DNA from: Candidatus Omnitrophota bacterium | Lineage (GTDB): Bacteria; Omnitrophota; Gorgyraeia; JABMRG01; JAFGKX01 | Assembly: GCA_043797125.1 (NCBI GenBank) | Contig: JAZDPX010000006.1 | Coordinates: 70,921-134,920, forward strand | Direction: 5' to 3' | DNA length: 64,000 bases | Shown: one piece after another, positions 8,618 through 18,467 of the stretch | How positions within the stretch are numbered: the first letter of the stretch is position 1 | Layout of the letters: every line of letters starts with the position of its first letter | Notes under the pieces: generated by a model | What the model saw: only the letters and a program-made list of their open reading frames with translations | Database searches by the model: none | Told to the model about the DNA's origin: nothing | Translations under genes and position numbers: made by a program

Positions 8618-8735
8618 TTTATCCGCCTTCCTTGCTTTTGAACTTCGTGGTAGATAACGTACGGCGGATAACCCGCCGTAGGCTATCTACTCCGAACTGC
8701 CCAATACACGAAGGCGGGCTATCTGGCATTCCTTC
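8618..8735. repeat. Family C composite GC-hairpin repeat (GGCGGATAACCCGCCGTAGGCTATCTAC ... ACACGAAGGCGGGCTATCT), copy 1
   Basis: It shares TTATCCGCCTTC, GAACTTCGTGGTAGATA, GGCGGATAACCCGCCGTAGGCTATCTAC and GAACTGCCCAATACACGAAGGCGGGCTATCT with 15378-15580. It overlaps the tsaB 3' end. Confidence 0.75.
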
Positions 8736-9391
8736 GGATATATATAAAGCGGCAGCAGTTTATAGGGTGAATCCTTATATCCTGCCTTATATCTTACCAA
8801 TGCCAGCTTTCCTAATACATCAGCCTTCGGATAACACGACTCCTCGGGCGCAAAAAAGACAAGCCCCTTTTTTGCCTTTAAAATCTTTTCCTTGTGCTGT
8901 TTGATTATGTCGCCGGCTATAATAGTCGGCTGTTTTATCAAATCCAGAATATCTTCTAACGGCTTTAAAATAAAATCTGTATACGGTTCTGCAGATGCCT
9001 CTTTTTGTTTATAAAAGCGCGCATAGGCATTATTCTGCCTGGCATCAAACAAGATACAAACATCGGTATTGGCCTGCCCTGTAAAATTATTTGCAATTAC
9101 ATCGAAACTCGAAACCCCGACCAAAGGCCTCTTTAGCGCTATGCTAAAAGTTCGTATGGCAGCAAGAGATGTCCTTAATCCTGTAAATGAACCCGGCCCT
9201 GTGCCTGCGCAAAAAAGCTCTATTTCTTCTATGCGCCAATTGATATTTTCCAGCAGTTTCTTAACTTCAGAAACAACTGCTGAGCCCTGGCTTCTTAAAA
9301 AATTCTTGTGCAACAGCGCCATGGGCTTTTCATCGCTTAAAAGGGCTATGCTAATTGTTTTTGTTGATGTATCTACCGCTAATATCTTCAT
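8687..9391 (-). CDS. tsaB: tRNA t6A biosynthesis protein TsaB (YeaZ); the C-terminal ~16 aa are encoded by a family-C repeat element
   Basis: MKILAVDTSTKTISIALL... is an inactive Kae1 paralog. The C-terminal PKECQIARLRVLGSSE* lies inside the repeat at 8687-8735. Confidence 0.75.
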   Translation of the reverse strand: MKILAVDTSTKTISIALLSDEKPMALLHKNFLRSQGSAVVSEVKKLLENINWRIEEIELFCAGTGPGSFTGLRTSLAAIRTFSIALKRPLVGVSSFDVIANNFTGQANTDVCILFDARQNNAYARFYKQKEASAEPYTDFILKPLEDILDLIKQPTIIAGDIIKQHKEKILKAKKGLVFFAPEESCYPKADVLGKLALVRYKAGYKDSPYKLLPLYIYPKECQIARLRVLGSSE

Positions 9392-9864
9392 CCCGCACCT
9401 TTTTTATATTCATTTTTAAATTGTTCAAAGGTGCGGGATTCATATCTTTTTCCGAAACCCTGCAACTCTATTTCTCTTGAATTTTCATCTAAAATTTTTA
9501 TTTTAATCTCCAAGTACTGCTTGGGCAGCAGGGCCTTTATTTTCTGCGCCCATTCTATCACGCAAACGCCGTCATTATAAAGATATTCTTCAATGCCCAA
9601 CGATTCTGCGCCTGTTAAATTATCTAGGCGGTATAAATCAATGTGATAAAGCTGGAGCCTGCCCTCATACTCTCTTATTAAAACAAAGGACGGGCTATTT
9701 ACATAGTCGGAATTTTTTACGCCAAGGCCCTCGGCAATGCCTTTTGTTAAAGTGGTCTTTCCGCTGCCGAGTTCGCCTGTCAACGCTATAACATCTCCGG
9801 CGTTAAGGCAAGTTGAGAGTTCTTTGCCGAAATCTATTGTATGCTTTGCAGTTCGAGTAATCAT
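9388..9864 (-). CDS. tsaE: tRNA t6A biosynthesis ATPase TsaE (YjeE)
   Basis: GDVIALTGELGSGKTTLTKGIAEGLG is a P-loop; the size and context next to tsaB fit. Confidence 0.8.
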   Translation of the reverse strand: MITRTAKHTIDFGKELSTCLNAGDVIALTGELGSGKTTLTKGIAEGLGVKNSDYVNSPSFVLIREYEGRLQLYHIDLYRLDNLTGAESLGIEEYLYNDGVCVIEWAQKIKALLPKQYLEIKIKILDENSREIELQGFGKRYESRTFEQFKNEYKKGAG

Positions 9865-9867
9865 ACT

Positions 9868-9965
9868 TATGGGGACGTTTCACTCCCAAGATTGGGAAGT
9901 GTCCCCTTTACCCCACTTCTATGCTCTGGGGACACTTTCCACGCTTGGGAGTGAAACGTCCCCTT
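9868..9965. repeat. About 95-bp nested inverted repeat between thiL and tsaE
   Basis: GGGGACGTTTCACTCCCAAG ... CTTGGGAGTGAAACGTCCCC forms a 20-bp outer stem around GGGAAGTGTCCCC / GGGGACACTTTCC. Confidence 0.75.
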
Positions 9966-9977
9966 TTTTTCTTTTTT

Positions 9978-10874
9978 TTAAAAGTGTTCATATCCTTCAG
10001 GCTCAAGCCGGCTTTCCTTGCCCCTTCTATCAACCAAAACCATCCTTCCTGCATTATTCGTTATCTCGCCTATCGCGGTTATCTTTATTTTTCTTTTTTT
10101 GGAACTTGAAAGCAGCCTTTTGGCGTCTTTTTTCGCTGTCGTAAAAAGGAGCTCAAACTGCTCGCCTGTTGTAAGCGCTCTTTTTACGGATGCGCCTTCA
10201 TAAGGAATTAAAGACTCGTAAATTTTAGCGCCTTTTTTGCTTTCAGATAAAATGCGCCATAGGTCAAGCGCAAGTGAGTCAGATATATCTATCATGGAAT
10301 TTATCTTAAAATTATCCGCCAAAAACTGCGCTTCTTTAATCCTGGGAGAAAAACCTAAATCATTAGGATAAGGCCTTAAAGCCCCTGTTATAAATATCAC
10401 ATCTTGATCCTTCGCGCCGCTGCGAAGGGCAAGCCTTTTCTTGGATACTTCACCGATTAGAGTAACGGATAAAACCATTTTTTTTGAAAAATTTGTATCG
10501 CCGCCTACTATGGATATGCCGAATTCAGAAGCTGTCTTATGCATGCTAAGATAGAGCCTTTTAATAAAATCGACACTAATGTCCTTTGGCAGGCCTACTG
10601 AAACAAGCGCCCATTTTGCCTTGCCGGCGCATGCTGCTATATCGCTTATGTTCACCGCCATTGCCTTATGGCCTATCTGTTCCGGGGATGCCTTATCCAG
10701 CCTAAAATGCGCATCTTCAATTATCATATCGGTAGTAACAAGAAGATATTTGTCTTTAGTATATTTAAGCACGGCGCAGTCATCGCCAATGCCTTTAAAC
10801 ACCGAAGGGGGAGTCTTTGTAAGTGCGGCTATTTTATTTATTAGAGCTATTTCGCCTATGTCGCGTAGTTTCAT
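9978..10874 (-). CDS. thiL: Thiamine-monophosphate kinase
   Basis: The AIR-synthase-related fold shows in ...GDDCAVL...LLVTTDMIIEDAHF. Confidence 0.75.
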   Translation of the reverse strand: MKLRDIGEIALINKIAALTKTPPSVFKGIGDDCAVLKYTKDKYLLVTTDMIIEDAHFRLDKASPEQIGHKAMAVNISDIAACAGKAKWALVSVGLPKDISVDFIKRLYLSMHKTASEFGISIVGGDTNFSKKMVLSVTLIGEVSKKRLALRSGAKDQDVIFITGALRPYPNDLGFSPRIKEAQFLADNFKINSMIDISDSLALDLWRILSESKKGAKIYESLIPYEGASVKRALTTGEQFELLFTTAKKDAKRLLSSSKKRKIKITAIGEITNNAGRMVLVDRRGKESRLEPEGYEHF

Positions 10875-11907
10875 GTTTTAATCTGTTTAAACTTTCTCGA
10901 TACGGCTTCCTGTACGTCCCCTTCTCCGTAACAAACGCTGTAACCAATTCCCCCGGCGTAACATCAAATGCCGGATTATATACTTTTACATTTTTCGGCG
11001 CTATATAAACAGGCCCGACCTTTCTTACTTCATCTGGGCCTCTCTGTTCTATCGGAATATTTTTACCGTCGCTTAAGCTAAAATCGAAGCTTGAGCTCGG
11101 GGCACAGACATAAAACGGTATTTTATGAAATTGCCCCAGCAGCGCTAAATTATAAGTGCCTATCTTATTTGCAAAATCGCCGTTTGCAGTTATTCTGTCT
11201 GCGCCGACTATTATCTTGCTTACCTTACGCGCCTTCATCAGGGAAGCTGCCATATTATCGCAGATTAACGTAACATCAATTCCCTTCCTCATAAGCTCCC
11301 ATGTAGTGAGCCTGGCTCCCTGCAAAAGCGGCCTTGTTTCATCCGCGTATACCTTTATTCTCTTGCCCCTTTTTTTTGCCGCGTAAATAACCGATAGCGC
11401 AGTCCCGTCGCCTGCTGTGGCCAATGCCCCGGCATTGCAGTGGGTAAGCACAACATCTTTATTCTTTAAAAGCCTTTGGCCGAATTCACCGATTTTTCTG
11501 CACATGGCCTCGTCCTGCGAATGAATCCATTTTGCTTCCTTAAGTAAAATGGAACATATTTGCTCTACGGATTTATTTTTATTTTTACAGGCTTTTGCCT
11601 TTATCCTTTCCATGGCCCAGGACAGATTCACGGCTGTGGGCCGCGCAGCTTTCATCTTTTCTACTATTTCATACAATTTCTTAAAAAAATCTTTTCTTTT
11701 CTTAAATTTCAAATTTCGGATTGATACATACACTCCGTATGCGGCGCAAACTCCAATGGCCGGCGCGCCTCTGACTGAAAGCGCCTTTATAGCGCGCGTT
11801 ACGTCTTTTAAGGACCCCAAGGTTTTATAGGTAGTGTTGTTTGGAAGCCTGCGCTGGTCTATAATCTTTAGTTTACCGTTTCTATATTCTACTGTTTTTA
11901 CTCTCAT
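10834..11907 (-). CDS. mtnA: Methylthioribose-1-phosphate isomerase, or an eIF-2B-family isomerase
   Basis: ...GKLKIIDQRRLP...RGAPAIGVCAAYG... is the eIF-2B alpha/beta/delta family signature. Confidence 0.7.
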   Translation of the reverse strand: MRVKTVEYRNGKLKIIDQRRLPNNTTYKTLGSLKDVTRAIKALSVRGAPAIGVCAAYGVYVSIRNLKFKKRKDFFKKLYEIVEKMKAARPTAVNLSWAMERIKAKACKNKNKSVEQICSILLKEAKWIHSQDEAMCRKIGEFGQRLLKNKDVVLTHCNAGALATAGDGTALSVIYAAKKRGKRIKVYADETRPLLQGARLTTWELMRKGIDVTLICDNMAASLMKARKVSKIIVGADRITANGDFANKIGTYNLALLGQFHKIPFYVCAPSSSFDFSLSDGKNIPIEQRGPDEVRKVGPVYIAPKNVKVYNPAFDVTPGELVTAFVTEKGTYRKPYRESLNRLKHETTRHRRNSSNK

Positions 11908-11909
11908 AT

Positions 11910-12965
11910 TTAACCTGCTTGAGCCATTACGCTTTTGACAAAAAACATAATCGATGCCAATGCGGCATTATGCGTAATATGGACGATGATAGACGGAATA
12001 AGCGAGCCTGTCTTTTCCCTTAAATATGCCAAAAAGATGCCGAGGCCGAGTATCGGGAAAAATCCAATTATATTCGTATGAAGCGCGGAAAAAATCAACG
12101 CAGTAATAATTATAGAGGCTGCCGCGCTTAGAGTCTTTTTTAAGGCGGGATATAAAAACCCCCTGAAGAAAATCTCTTCTATTACAGGCCCGATAAAGGC
12201 CGCCATAACCGATACTACCATCAACACAGAGAATCTGCGCTCTTTAAATATCAATTCGTATATCGGTTGGGGTTGCGGCATATAGTTGAGCAGCTTGGCA
12301 ATAAATACTACGCATAAAAATGTCGCGGCCAAAACCGGCAAAAATGCCAAATATCCATAAACCGCTACACCTATATTTTTTGCAACGGCTTTTAATGAAA
12401 TGCCTAATGCGGTTATCTTCTGTTTATATTTTACCGATACAAAATAAATAACTACTATGAGCATAAGCATATCCATCAGCGTAGTATCCAAAATCATAGA
12501 TAGCCTTTCATCCAGTAAAGGTTTGTTAAAAAAGCCTGCCAGAACATTCCCAAGCGCAAAAACCAGATGATTAAAAAATAAAAATATTATTACAATCTTT
12601 ACAGCATCTTTCCAGCTCCAGAGGGCCGGATCTTCATCAAGCATCTTTGGAATTAAATCTTTGCCTTTTGCCTTATTAACAATGAAGGTGGCAAGAAAAA
12701 TAATCCCCAAAACAAACAATACAAATACAATGAAACAAATATAAGCGAACCTTGTGGCAATTTTAGGATTTTCAGCAAGCGCCTTTTCAAAAAGGCCTTT
12801 GTCTTCATCGAGCTGCTGTTTGAAACTCTGCGCCTTTTGCGGCCTGGCCTTCAAGCTTTGTTTAGGGTCTTGCGCATGAATAAAAATGCCGTGTGCCTGA
12901 ATAAGCAATATCCCTACAATCAGCCATACGTAGAATTTATTATTGGCGTAAGCCCCGCGTATCAT
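11910..12965 (-). CDS. CPBP-family (CAAX) intramembrane metalloprotease
   Basis: Multi-TM protein with an EEIFFRG...HITHNA motif arrangement. Confidence 0.65.
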   Translation of the reverse strand: MIRGAYANNKFYVWLIVGILLIQAHGIFIHAQDPKQSLKARPQKAQSFKQQLDEDKGLFEKALAENPKIATRFAYICFIVFVLFVLGIIFLATFIVNKAKGKDLIPKMLDEDPALWSWKDAVKIVIIFLFFNHLVFALGNVLAGFFNKPLLDERLSMILDTTLMDMLMLIVVIYFVSVKYKQKITALGISLKAVAKNIGVAVYGYLAFLPVLAATFLCVVFIAKLLNYMPQPQPIYELIFKERRFSVLMVVSVMAAFIGPVIEEIFFRGFLYPALKKTLSAAASIIITALIFSALHTNIIGFFPILGLGIFLAYLREKTGSLIPSIIVHITHNAALASIMFFVKSVMAQAG

Positions 12966-14491
12966 ATCCTTGGAAAAAGCGGCACAGGCTTTGATACTGT
13001 ATGGCCCTTTTTGATATAACCTTTATTCAATATCAGCCCTGCGCAATCTGTTATATCCTCTTTTATTCCAAGCTGCAAGGCCATCTTACTGCTTGTAGAC
13101 GGCATGGACGGGTATATTAATACGGCGATCGTCTCCAACGCCTTTAACAGCGACATTATGAATGCTGCCAGCCTTTGGGCGTCGCCTGACTTGGCAATAT
13201 TCCACGGTTTTGAATCCTCTATATATTTATTAGCGGCATTTATAAGCGCCCAGATGCCTGCCAGGGCCTTGCTTATCTGCAGCTCGCCCATCTGCTTGTC
13301 GACTTCTTTAATAGTATCGTTCCTTAGTTTAAGCAGCTGTTTTTCCTCGTCTGACATAAGCCCTTCTGAAACTATTTTCCCGTCGAAATATTTATGCACC
13401 ATATTCAGGGTTCTGTTCAGCAAATTACCTAAATCATTTGCCAGGTCCGCGTTGTATCTTTCTATAAACAAGGCCTGATTAAAATTGCCGTCTAAGCCCA
13501 TTGTCACCTCCCTTAACAAAAAAAGGCGCAAGGGGTCTGCCCCGTATTTTTCTATTAAAGGTTTTGGATCTACCACGTTGCCCTTTGACTTAGACATTTT
13601 CTCTCCTGACATAATCCACCAGCCGTGCGCCAAAACGCATTTTGGCGGTTCGATATCCAAGGCATGCAGCATTATGGGCCAGTAGACCGCGTGAAAACGC
13701 AGTATATCCTTGGCCATTACATGTATATCCGCGGGCCATATCTTTTTAAAATTATCAGGATTGCCGGCAAAGCCTGGGGCGCTTATATAATTTAACAACG
13801 CATCAATCCACACATAGGCTACATATTCCGGAGCAAAAGGCATCTCGATGCCCCACGAAAGCCTCTTGCGCGGCCTGGAAACGCAAAGATCAGGCAGCGG
13901 TTCCTTTAAAAGGCCCAGAACTTCGTTTTTTCTGAAATCCGGCTTAATAAAATCAGGGTGCGCGAGTATGTGGTCTTTCAGCCAGCCCTGATATTTTGAA
14001 AGCTTAAAAAAATAATTTTTCTCGCTTATATATTCCGTATCGCGGGCGCAATCAGGGCAGAGCTTATCCTGAACAAGTTGAGTTTTCTGCCAGAATGTTT
14101 CGCAAGGCACGCAGTAATAACCGTCATATGTATCCTGGAAGATATCGCCTTTTTCATAAAGTATCTTCAGGGCCTTTCCCACAGCCTGCATGTGACGGGG
14201 CTCTGTCGTCCTTATAAAATCATCGTAGGAAATATCCAGGGCCTTCCAAAGCTCTTTAAATTTCAAGACTATTTCGTCGACAAATTCCAGCGTATCCTTA
14301 CCTGAGGCTTCCGCGCAGGTTTTAACCTTCTGGCCATGCTCATCCGTGCCTGTCAAAAAGTATACCTTCTCGCCCTTTAGCCTTTTATATCGCGCTATAC
14401 AATCGCAGATAATCTGCGTGTAGGAATGGCCTATATGAGGGGAGGAATTGACGTAATATAACGGAGTAGTTATGTAAAATATCTTTTTCAT
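12962..14491 (-). CDS. metG: Methionyl-tRNA synthetase
   Basis: HIGH (PHIGHSY) and KMSKS motifs are present, together with zinc-knuckle cysteines. Confidence 0.9.
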   Translation of the reverse strand: MKKIFYITTPLYYVNSSPHIGHSYTQIICDCIARYKRLKGEKVYFLTGTDEHGQKVKTCAEASGKDTLEFVDEIVLKFKELWKALDISYDDFIRTTEPRHMQAVGKALKILYEKGDIFQDTYDGYYCVPCETFWQKTQLVQDKLCPDCARDTEYISEKNYFFKLSKYQGWLKDHILAHPDFIKPDFRKNEVLGLLKEPLPDLCVSRPRKRLSWGIEMPFAPEYVAYVWIDALLNYISAPGFAGNPDNFKKIWPADIHVMAKDILRFHAVYWPIMLHALDIEPPKCVLAHGWWIMSGEKMSKSKGNVVDPKPLIEKYGADPLRLFLLREVTMGLDGNFNQALFIERYNADLANDLGNLLNRTLNMVHKYFDGKIVSEGLMSDEEKQLLKLRNDTIKEVDKQMGELQISKALAGIWALINAANKYIEDSKPWNIAKSGDAQRLAAFIMSLLKALETIAVLIYPSMPSTSSKMALQLGIKEDITDCAGLILNKGYIKKGHTVSKPVPLFPRI

Positions 14492-14496
14492 AATTT

Positions 14497-14580
14497 AGTC
14501 TATGGTCTATGGTCGATGGTCGATGGTTGATGGTCGATGGTTGATTACCGACTATAGACTATCGACTATTGACCATCGAC
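14497..14580. repeat. Family E repeat (GGTCGATGG / GACTATCGAC direct and inverted units), between ricT and metG
   Basis: TCTATGGTCTATGGTCGATGGTCGATGGTTGATGGTCGATGGTTGATTACCGACTATAGACTATCGACTATTGACCATCGACTATT. A related copy lies at 29470-29545. Confidence 0.7.
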
Positions 14581-15368
14581 TATTTATTATAATCCACCTT
14601 CACGTGCCTGCCGTCTTCAAGCTCAACCGTAACAACGCGTTTTAAAAAATTAACATCCACTACCTTCCCTGTTTCGTTCTGATATTTTATCTTTTGCCCC
14701 GGGTGCGGCAGGCCCTTGGAAAGTTTCTTGTAATGGGTATGTTCGTATGACAGGCAGCACATAAGCCTGCCGCAAAGCCCTGAAATTTTTGCCGGGTTTA
14801 GGGGAAGGTTCTGGTCCTTTGCCTGTTTTATCGAAACAGGTTCAAAGTCCCTCAAGAAACTTCTGCAGCAAAGCATCCTGCCGCAAGGCCCGAAACCTCC
14901 GAGGATCTTCGCTTCGTCGCGCACGCCGACCTGCTTTAATTCAATCCTGGCCTTGAACATCTTTGCTAAGTCTTTGACTAATTCCCTGAAATCTATTCTT
15001 TCCTCAGCTGTAAAATAAAATATGATCTTGCTGCAGTCAAAAGAGAATTCCCCCTTGATCAACTTCATGTTAAGTTTATGCTGGATTATTTTACCGTCGC
15101 AGGTCTTCATGACCTCTTTTATTTTTTCGCGGTTTTCTTTTATTTTGTTTATGTCTGCCTGGTCGGCGATTCTAACTGCTCTTGGAAGCTCCTCTTTAAG
15201 CTTTTTTTCATCCAACACCAGCTCTGCCTCTGATAAAATCTGCCCGTAATCAAGGCCCCTGTCCGCTTCGATAATAACATACGCTCCGGGAAAAACATTT
15301 AAATCGCCTATGTCATAAACCTCTATCTTGCCGAATTCTCTCTGTCTTATCTGTATCGCTCTCTTCAT
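14580..15368 (-). CDS. ricT: PSP1 C-terminal domain protein RicT/YaaT
   Basis: Strong similarity pattern to B. subtilis YaaT: ...IFYFTAEERIDFRELVKDLAKMFKARIELKQVGVRDEAKILGGFGPCGRMLCC. Confidence 0.8.
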   Translation of the reverse strand: MKRAIQIRQREFGKIEVYDIGDLNVFPGAYVIIEADRGLDYGQILSEAELVLDEKKLKEELPRAVRIADQADINKIKENREKIKEVMKTCDGKIIQHKLNMKLIKGEFSFDCSKIIFYFTAEERIDFRELVKDLAKMFKARIELKQVGVRDEAKILGGFGPCGRMLCCRSFLRDFEPVSIKQAKDQNLPLNPAKISGLCGRLMCCLSYEHTHYKKLSKGLPHPGQKIKYQNETGKVVDVNFLKRVVTVELEDGRHVKVDYNK

Positions 15369-15377
15369 TGTCTATCC

Positions 15378-15580
15378 TTTATCCGCCTTCGCTGTTAATA
15401 AGAACTTCGTAGTAGATATGCTTCGGCGGATAACCCGCCGTAGGCTATCTACCTTCGCCAAGCAGCTTTCGCGCTTGGCTTCGGCGGATACGCCCGCCGA
15501 AGGCTATCTACACCGAACTGCCCAATACACGAAGGCGGGCTATCTACTACGAACCCACCCGATACACGAAGGCGGGTTAA
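15378..15580. repeat. Family C composite repeat, copy 2 (longer, with internal duplication), between holB and ricT
   Basis: Same modules as copy 1, with extra units GGCGGATACGCCCGCCGAAGGCTATCTAC and CACGAAGGCGGG repeated. Confidence 0.75.
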
Positions 15581-16428
15581 CCTTTTAAGCCAACTATTCT
15601 ATCAAGCAAATAGTCCGCAACCAGTTTCGAATTGACATTAGCCTGCACTAATGTTTTTGACTTAAAAACTTCCTTCATAAGCTCGAGTGTGCCCTCGGCT
15701 GAATAACGCTGCGATATCTTTTGTATATCCTCTTGTTTTGCTTTACTGATAAAATTTATTTTATCCTCCAAAAATCTATGAATAAGGGCATCTCTAAAAT
15801 ATAGAAGCAATAAATCAATTACCCGCAGCTGTCGTTGCCTGCTTGAGCCTGTAAACTCGAGGCTTTCGGCAGAAAATCTGTCCGGGGCATTTAAAAGTTC
15901 GTTTGCCAGCGCTATTTCCTTTTCGGAAAAATTCATATATTCCGCTTCGGAAAATTTTATAACCTGGCAGCGGGAGATTATCGTCGCCAGAAAAACGCTT
16001 AAATTCGAGCTTATTAAAATAATAATAACATCTTTAGGCGGCTCTTCCAAAGTCTTAAGCAGGCAGTTGGAAGCCTCCTCAGTCATGGTATCAGCATCGT
16101 ATAATATGTAAACCTTTTTGCGCGCCTCTATCGCCTTCAGGTGCGCGTGCCTTTGAAGGCTCCTTATTTGCTCAATCTTTATCTGCCGCGAATCCTCTTC
16201 GGCGCGTATGTGCATTATATCAGGATGATTAAAATGCCCGATCTTTGTGCAGGATATGCATTTTCCGCAGCCGCAGAGGCTGTCTTTTTTTTCAAGGCAG
16301 TTTAAGCAAGCCGCGAGTTTAAGCGCCGTCTTTTCCGTTGCTGCCTTATCCTGACCTGAAAAGATGTATGCGTGAGGCAGGCTGCCTGATTTAACCGCAT
16401 TATCTAATATATTGTCTGCTAATTGCAT
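15577..16428 (-). CDS. holB: DNA polymerase III delta-prime subunit
   Basis: LPHAYIFSG... together with a Zn-module CxxC...C and an AAA+ lid; it lies next to tmk as in Firmicutes. Confidence 0.75.
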   Translation of the reverse strand: MQLADNILDNAVKSGSLPHAYIFSGQDKAATEKTALKLAACLNCLEKKDSLCGCGKCISCTKIGHFNHPDIMHIRAEEDSRQIKIEQIRSLQRHAHLKAIEARKKVYILYDADTMTEEASNCLLKTLEEPPKDVIIILISSNLSVFLATIISRCQVIKFSEAEYMNFSEKEIALANELLNAPDRFSAESLEFTGSSRQRQLRVIDLLLLYFRDALIHRFLEDKINFISKAKQEDIQKISQRYSAEGTLELMKEVFKSKTLVQANVNSKLVADYLLDRIVGLKG

Positions 16429-17056
16429 CTTTTGCTGCTTTCTGTATAAGCGCCTGTATCTGGTGGATACTGTTCTTTTGCGCTGAAAATACCATTATGC
16501 GCTTTTTGTCTTTTCTTGCAAGCGCCAGGTATCCGTTTCTTACCTTACAATGAAAAGATACAGGCCTTTTTTCTATTCTGTCAATAAAACCTTTGGCTGT
16601 TTTTGAACGTCCCAGGCCCAAGCGCGCCTCAATATCCAAGATAAACGTAATATCCGGCTTTATATTTCCGACACTAAAATTATTAATATTATCCAGAGCC
16701 TTTATGTCAAGGCCTAAGCCATATCCCTGATAAGCCAGTGTGGCGTCTGCAAACCTGTCGCATACAACTATCCTGCCGGATTCAAGGGCAGGTATTATTT
16801 TTTCCGATACAAGCTGTGCCCTTGCCGCGATATAAAGAAACGCTTCTGCCTTTGAGTCAATAGCTATGTTTTTTGATTTTAACAAAATAGTCCTTATAAG
16901 CTCGCCTAATTTTGTAGCGCCGGGCTCCCTAAGGTGCAGCACATTAAGCCTGCGCCTTTTTAAAAATGCGCAAAGCAGCTTCGAGTGCGTGGATTTCCCG
17001 CTTCCCTCCGGCCCCTCGAATGTAATAAATACGCCTTTTTTCATGCCGGCCGCCAA
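16400..17056 (-). CDS. tmk: Thymidylate kinase
   Basis: GVFITFEGPEGSGKST is a P-loop; the LID DRF motif is present. Confidence 0.85.
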   Translation of the reverse strand: MAAGMKKGVFITFEGPEGSGKSTHSKLLCAFLKRRRLNVLHLREPGATKLGELIRTILLKSKNIAIDSKAEAFLYIAARAQLVSEKIIPALESGRIVVCDRFADATLAYQGYGLGLDIKALDNINNFSVGNIKPDITFILDIEARLGLGRSKTAKGFIDRIEKRPVSFHCKVRNGYLALARKDKKRIMVFSAQKNSIHQIQALIQKAAKDAISRQYIR

Positions 17057-18441
17057 ACTGTACCCTCCTTAGTATCTTCTATTGCTATGCCTTTGGCCTT
17101 TAATTCCTGCCTTATCAAATCTGCCTTTTTAAAATCTTTGGAGTTTCTTGCTTTATTGCGTTCGCTTATCTTTGACTCAACATAAGTCTCTAGTTGTGCG
17201 TCTATCTGTTTGCCCCTTAAAAATAGGCCGAATATGCCGCCCAACTCTTTTATCAACGTCGCTGCATATAGCATGTTTTCATCCGATGATTTATTTGCCT
17301 CTCTAAGCATATCAAATAAACAAGCCAATGCCTGCGGGGTGTTGAAATCGTCGTCCATTGCCTCTATAAATTTTTCTTTAAGCGCGTCTATTTGGGCTGC
17401 CTGCCCCGCACCTGAACGAAGTGAATGGTGCGGGGTGGGCTCTAGTCTATTTACTTTATCAAATAATATATAAAACCTCTCAAGCGCTGCCTTAGCCTCA
17501 TTCATCCTCTCGTCGCTAAAATCTATGGGCTGGCTGTAATGGCTGCTGATCATAAAAAATTTGATTGTTTCCGCGTCGTATTTTTTCAAAGCAGCCTTAA
17601 TTGTTATAAAATTCCCTAAAGACTTTGCCATCTTTTGGCCGTTTATGGTCAACAGGCCGTGGTGTATCCAGTATTTTGCAAATGGTTTACCTGTGCGCGC
17701 CTCTGCCTGCGCAATCTCGTTTTCGTGGTGAGGAAATATCAGGTCCCTGCCGCCTGCGTGTATATCAAGCGTATCTGTCTTTAAAAACTTCTGGCTCATT
17801 ACAGAACATTCTATATGCCAGCCTGGCCTGCCGCCCCCCCAGGGGCTATCCCATGAAGGCTCGCCTTCCTTTGAAGTCTTCCATAACGCAAAATCCAGCG
17901 CATCCTGTTTTTTCTCATCAGGCTCAATGCGCACTCCCTCACGCATCTGGTCTATATTCTGCCCTGAGAGCTTGCCGTAACCGGAAAACTTCTTTACATT
18001 AAAATACACATCCCCGCCTGCTTTATAAGCATAGCCTTTGTCTATCAATACCTTTATATATTCGATAATATCAGCAATAGTCTTGGTTGCCCTTGGTTCC
18101 TCTTTATCTTTATCTAATATGCCTTTACGTATATTCAACAACCCTAAATCTTTGTTATAGCTTTCAATGTATTTACTAACAAGTTCTTTCCAATCAACTT
18201 TCAGCTCTTTGGCGCGGTTTATTATTTTATCGTCGATGTCTGTAATGTTGCGCACAAAATTAACCTTATAACCTCTATATTCTAAATACCGTCTCATTAC
18301 ATCGAAAACATAAAGGCTCCTGGCATGGCCTACATGAGACTCGTCATATACGGTTACCCCGCACGTATACATATTCACCGTCTTCGGCTTTATCGTCTCG
18401 AACTCTTCTTTCTTGTTTGTAAGCGAATTATATATTTTCAT
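17041..18441 (-). CDS. cysS: Cysteinyl-tRNA synthetase; carries an in-frame palindromic repeat insertion (family F)
   Basis: HIGH (HVGHARS) and KMSKS (KMAKSLGN) motifs are present. The insertion peptide LEPTPHHSLRSGAGQAAQ is encoded by the element at about 17395-17450. Confidence 0.9.
   Translation of the reverse strand: MKIYNSLTNKKEEFETIKPKTVNMYTCGVTVYDESHVGHARSLYVFDVMRRYLEYRGYKVNFVRNITDIDDKIINRAKELKVDWKELVSKYIESYNKDLGLLNIRKGILDKDKEEPRATKTIADIIEYIKVLIDKGYAYKAGGDVYFNVKKFSGYGKLSGQNIDQMREGVRIEPDEKKQDALDFALWKTSKEGEPSWDSPWGGGRPGWHIECSVMSQKFLKTDTLDIHAGGRDLIFPHHENEIAQAEARTGKPFAKYWIHHGLLTINGQKMAKSLGNFITIKAALKKYDAETIKFFMISSHYSQPIDFSDERMNEAKAALERFYILFDKVNRLEPTPHHSLRSGAGQAAQIDALKEKFIEAMDDDFNTPQALACLFDMLREANKSSDENMLYAATLIKELGGIFGLFLRGKQIDAQLETYVESKISERNKARNSKDFKKADLIRQELKAKGIAIEDTKEGTVWRPA
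17395..17450. repeat. Family F hairpin element inserted in-frame in cysS
   Basis: GGGCTGCCTGCCCCGCACCTGAACGAAGTGAATGGTGCGGGGTGGGCTC, with stem CCCCGCACC / GGTGCGGGG. It is flanked by GTCTATTT ... AGTCTATTT, a possible 8-bp direct duplication. Confidence 0.7.
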
Positions 18442-18467
18442 TATCTTTTACCAACCAAACTCTTCTC

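Noticed and set aside
8632-8904. Plus-strand ORFs 8632-8904 and 15328-15588 sharing an RRITRRRLST…PIHEGGL peptide
   Set aside because: The similarity comes from the family-C repeat DNA. Both overlap minus-strand genes or intergenic repeats, so they are not real genes.
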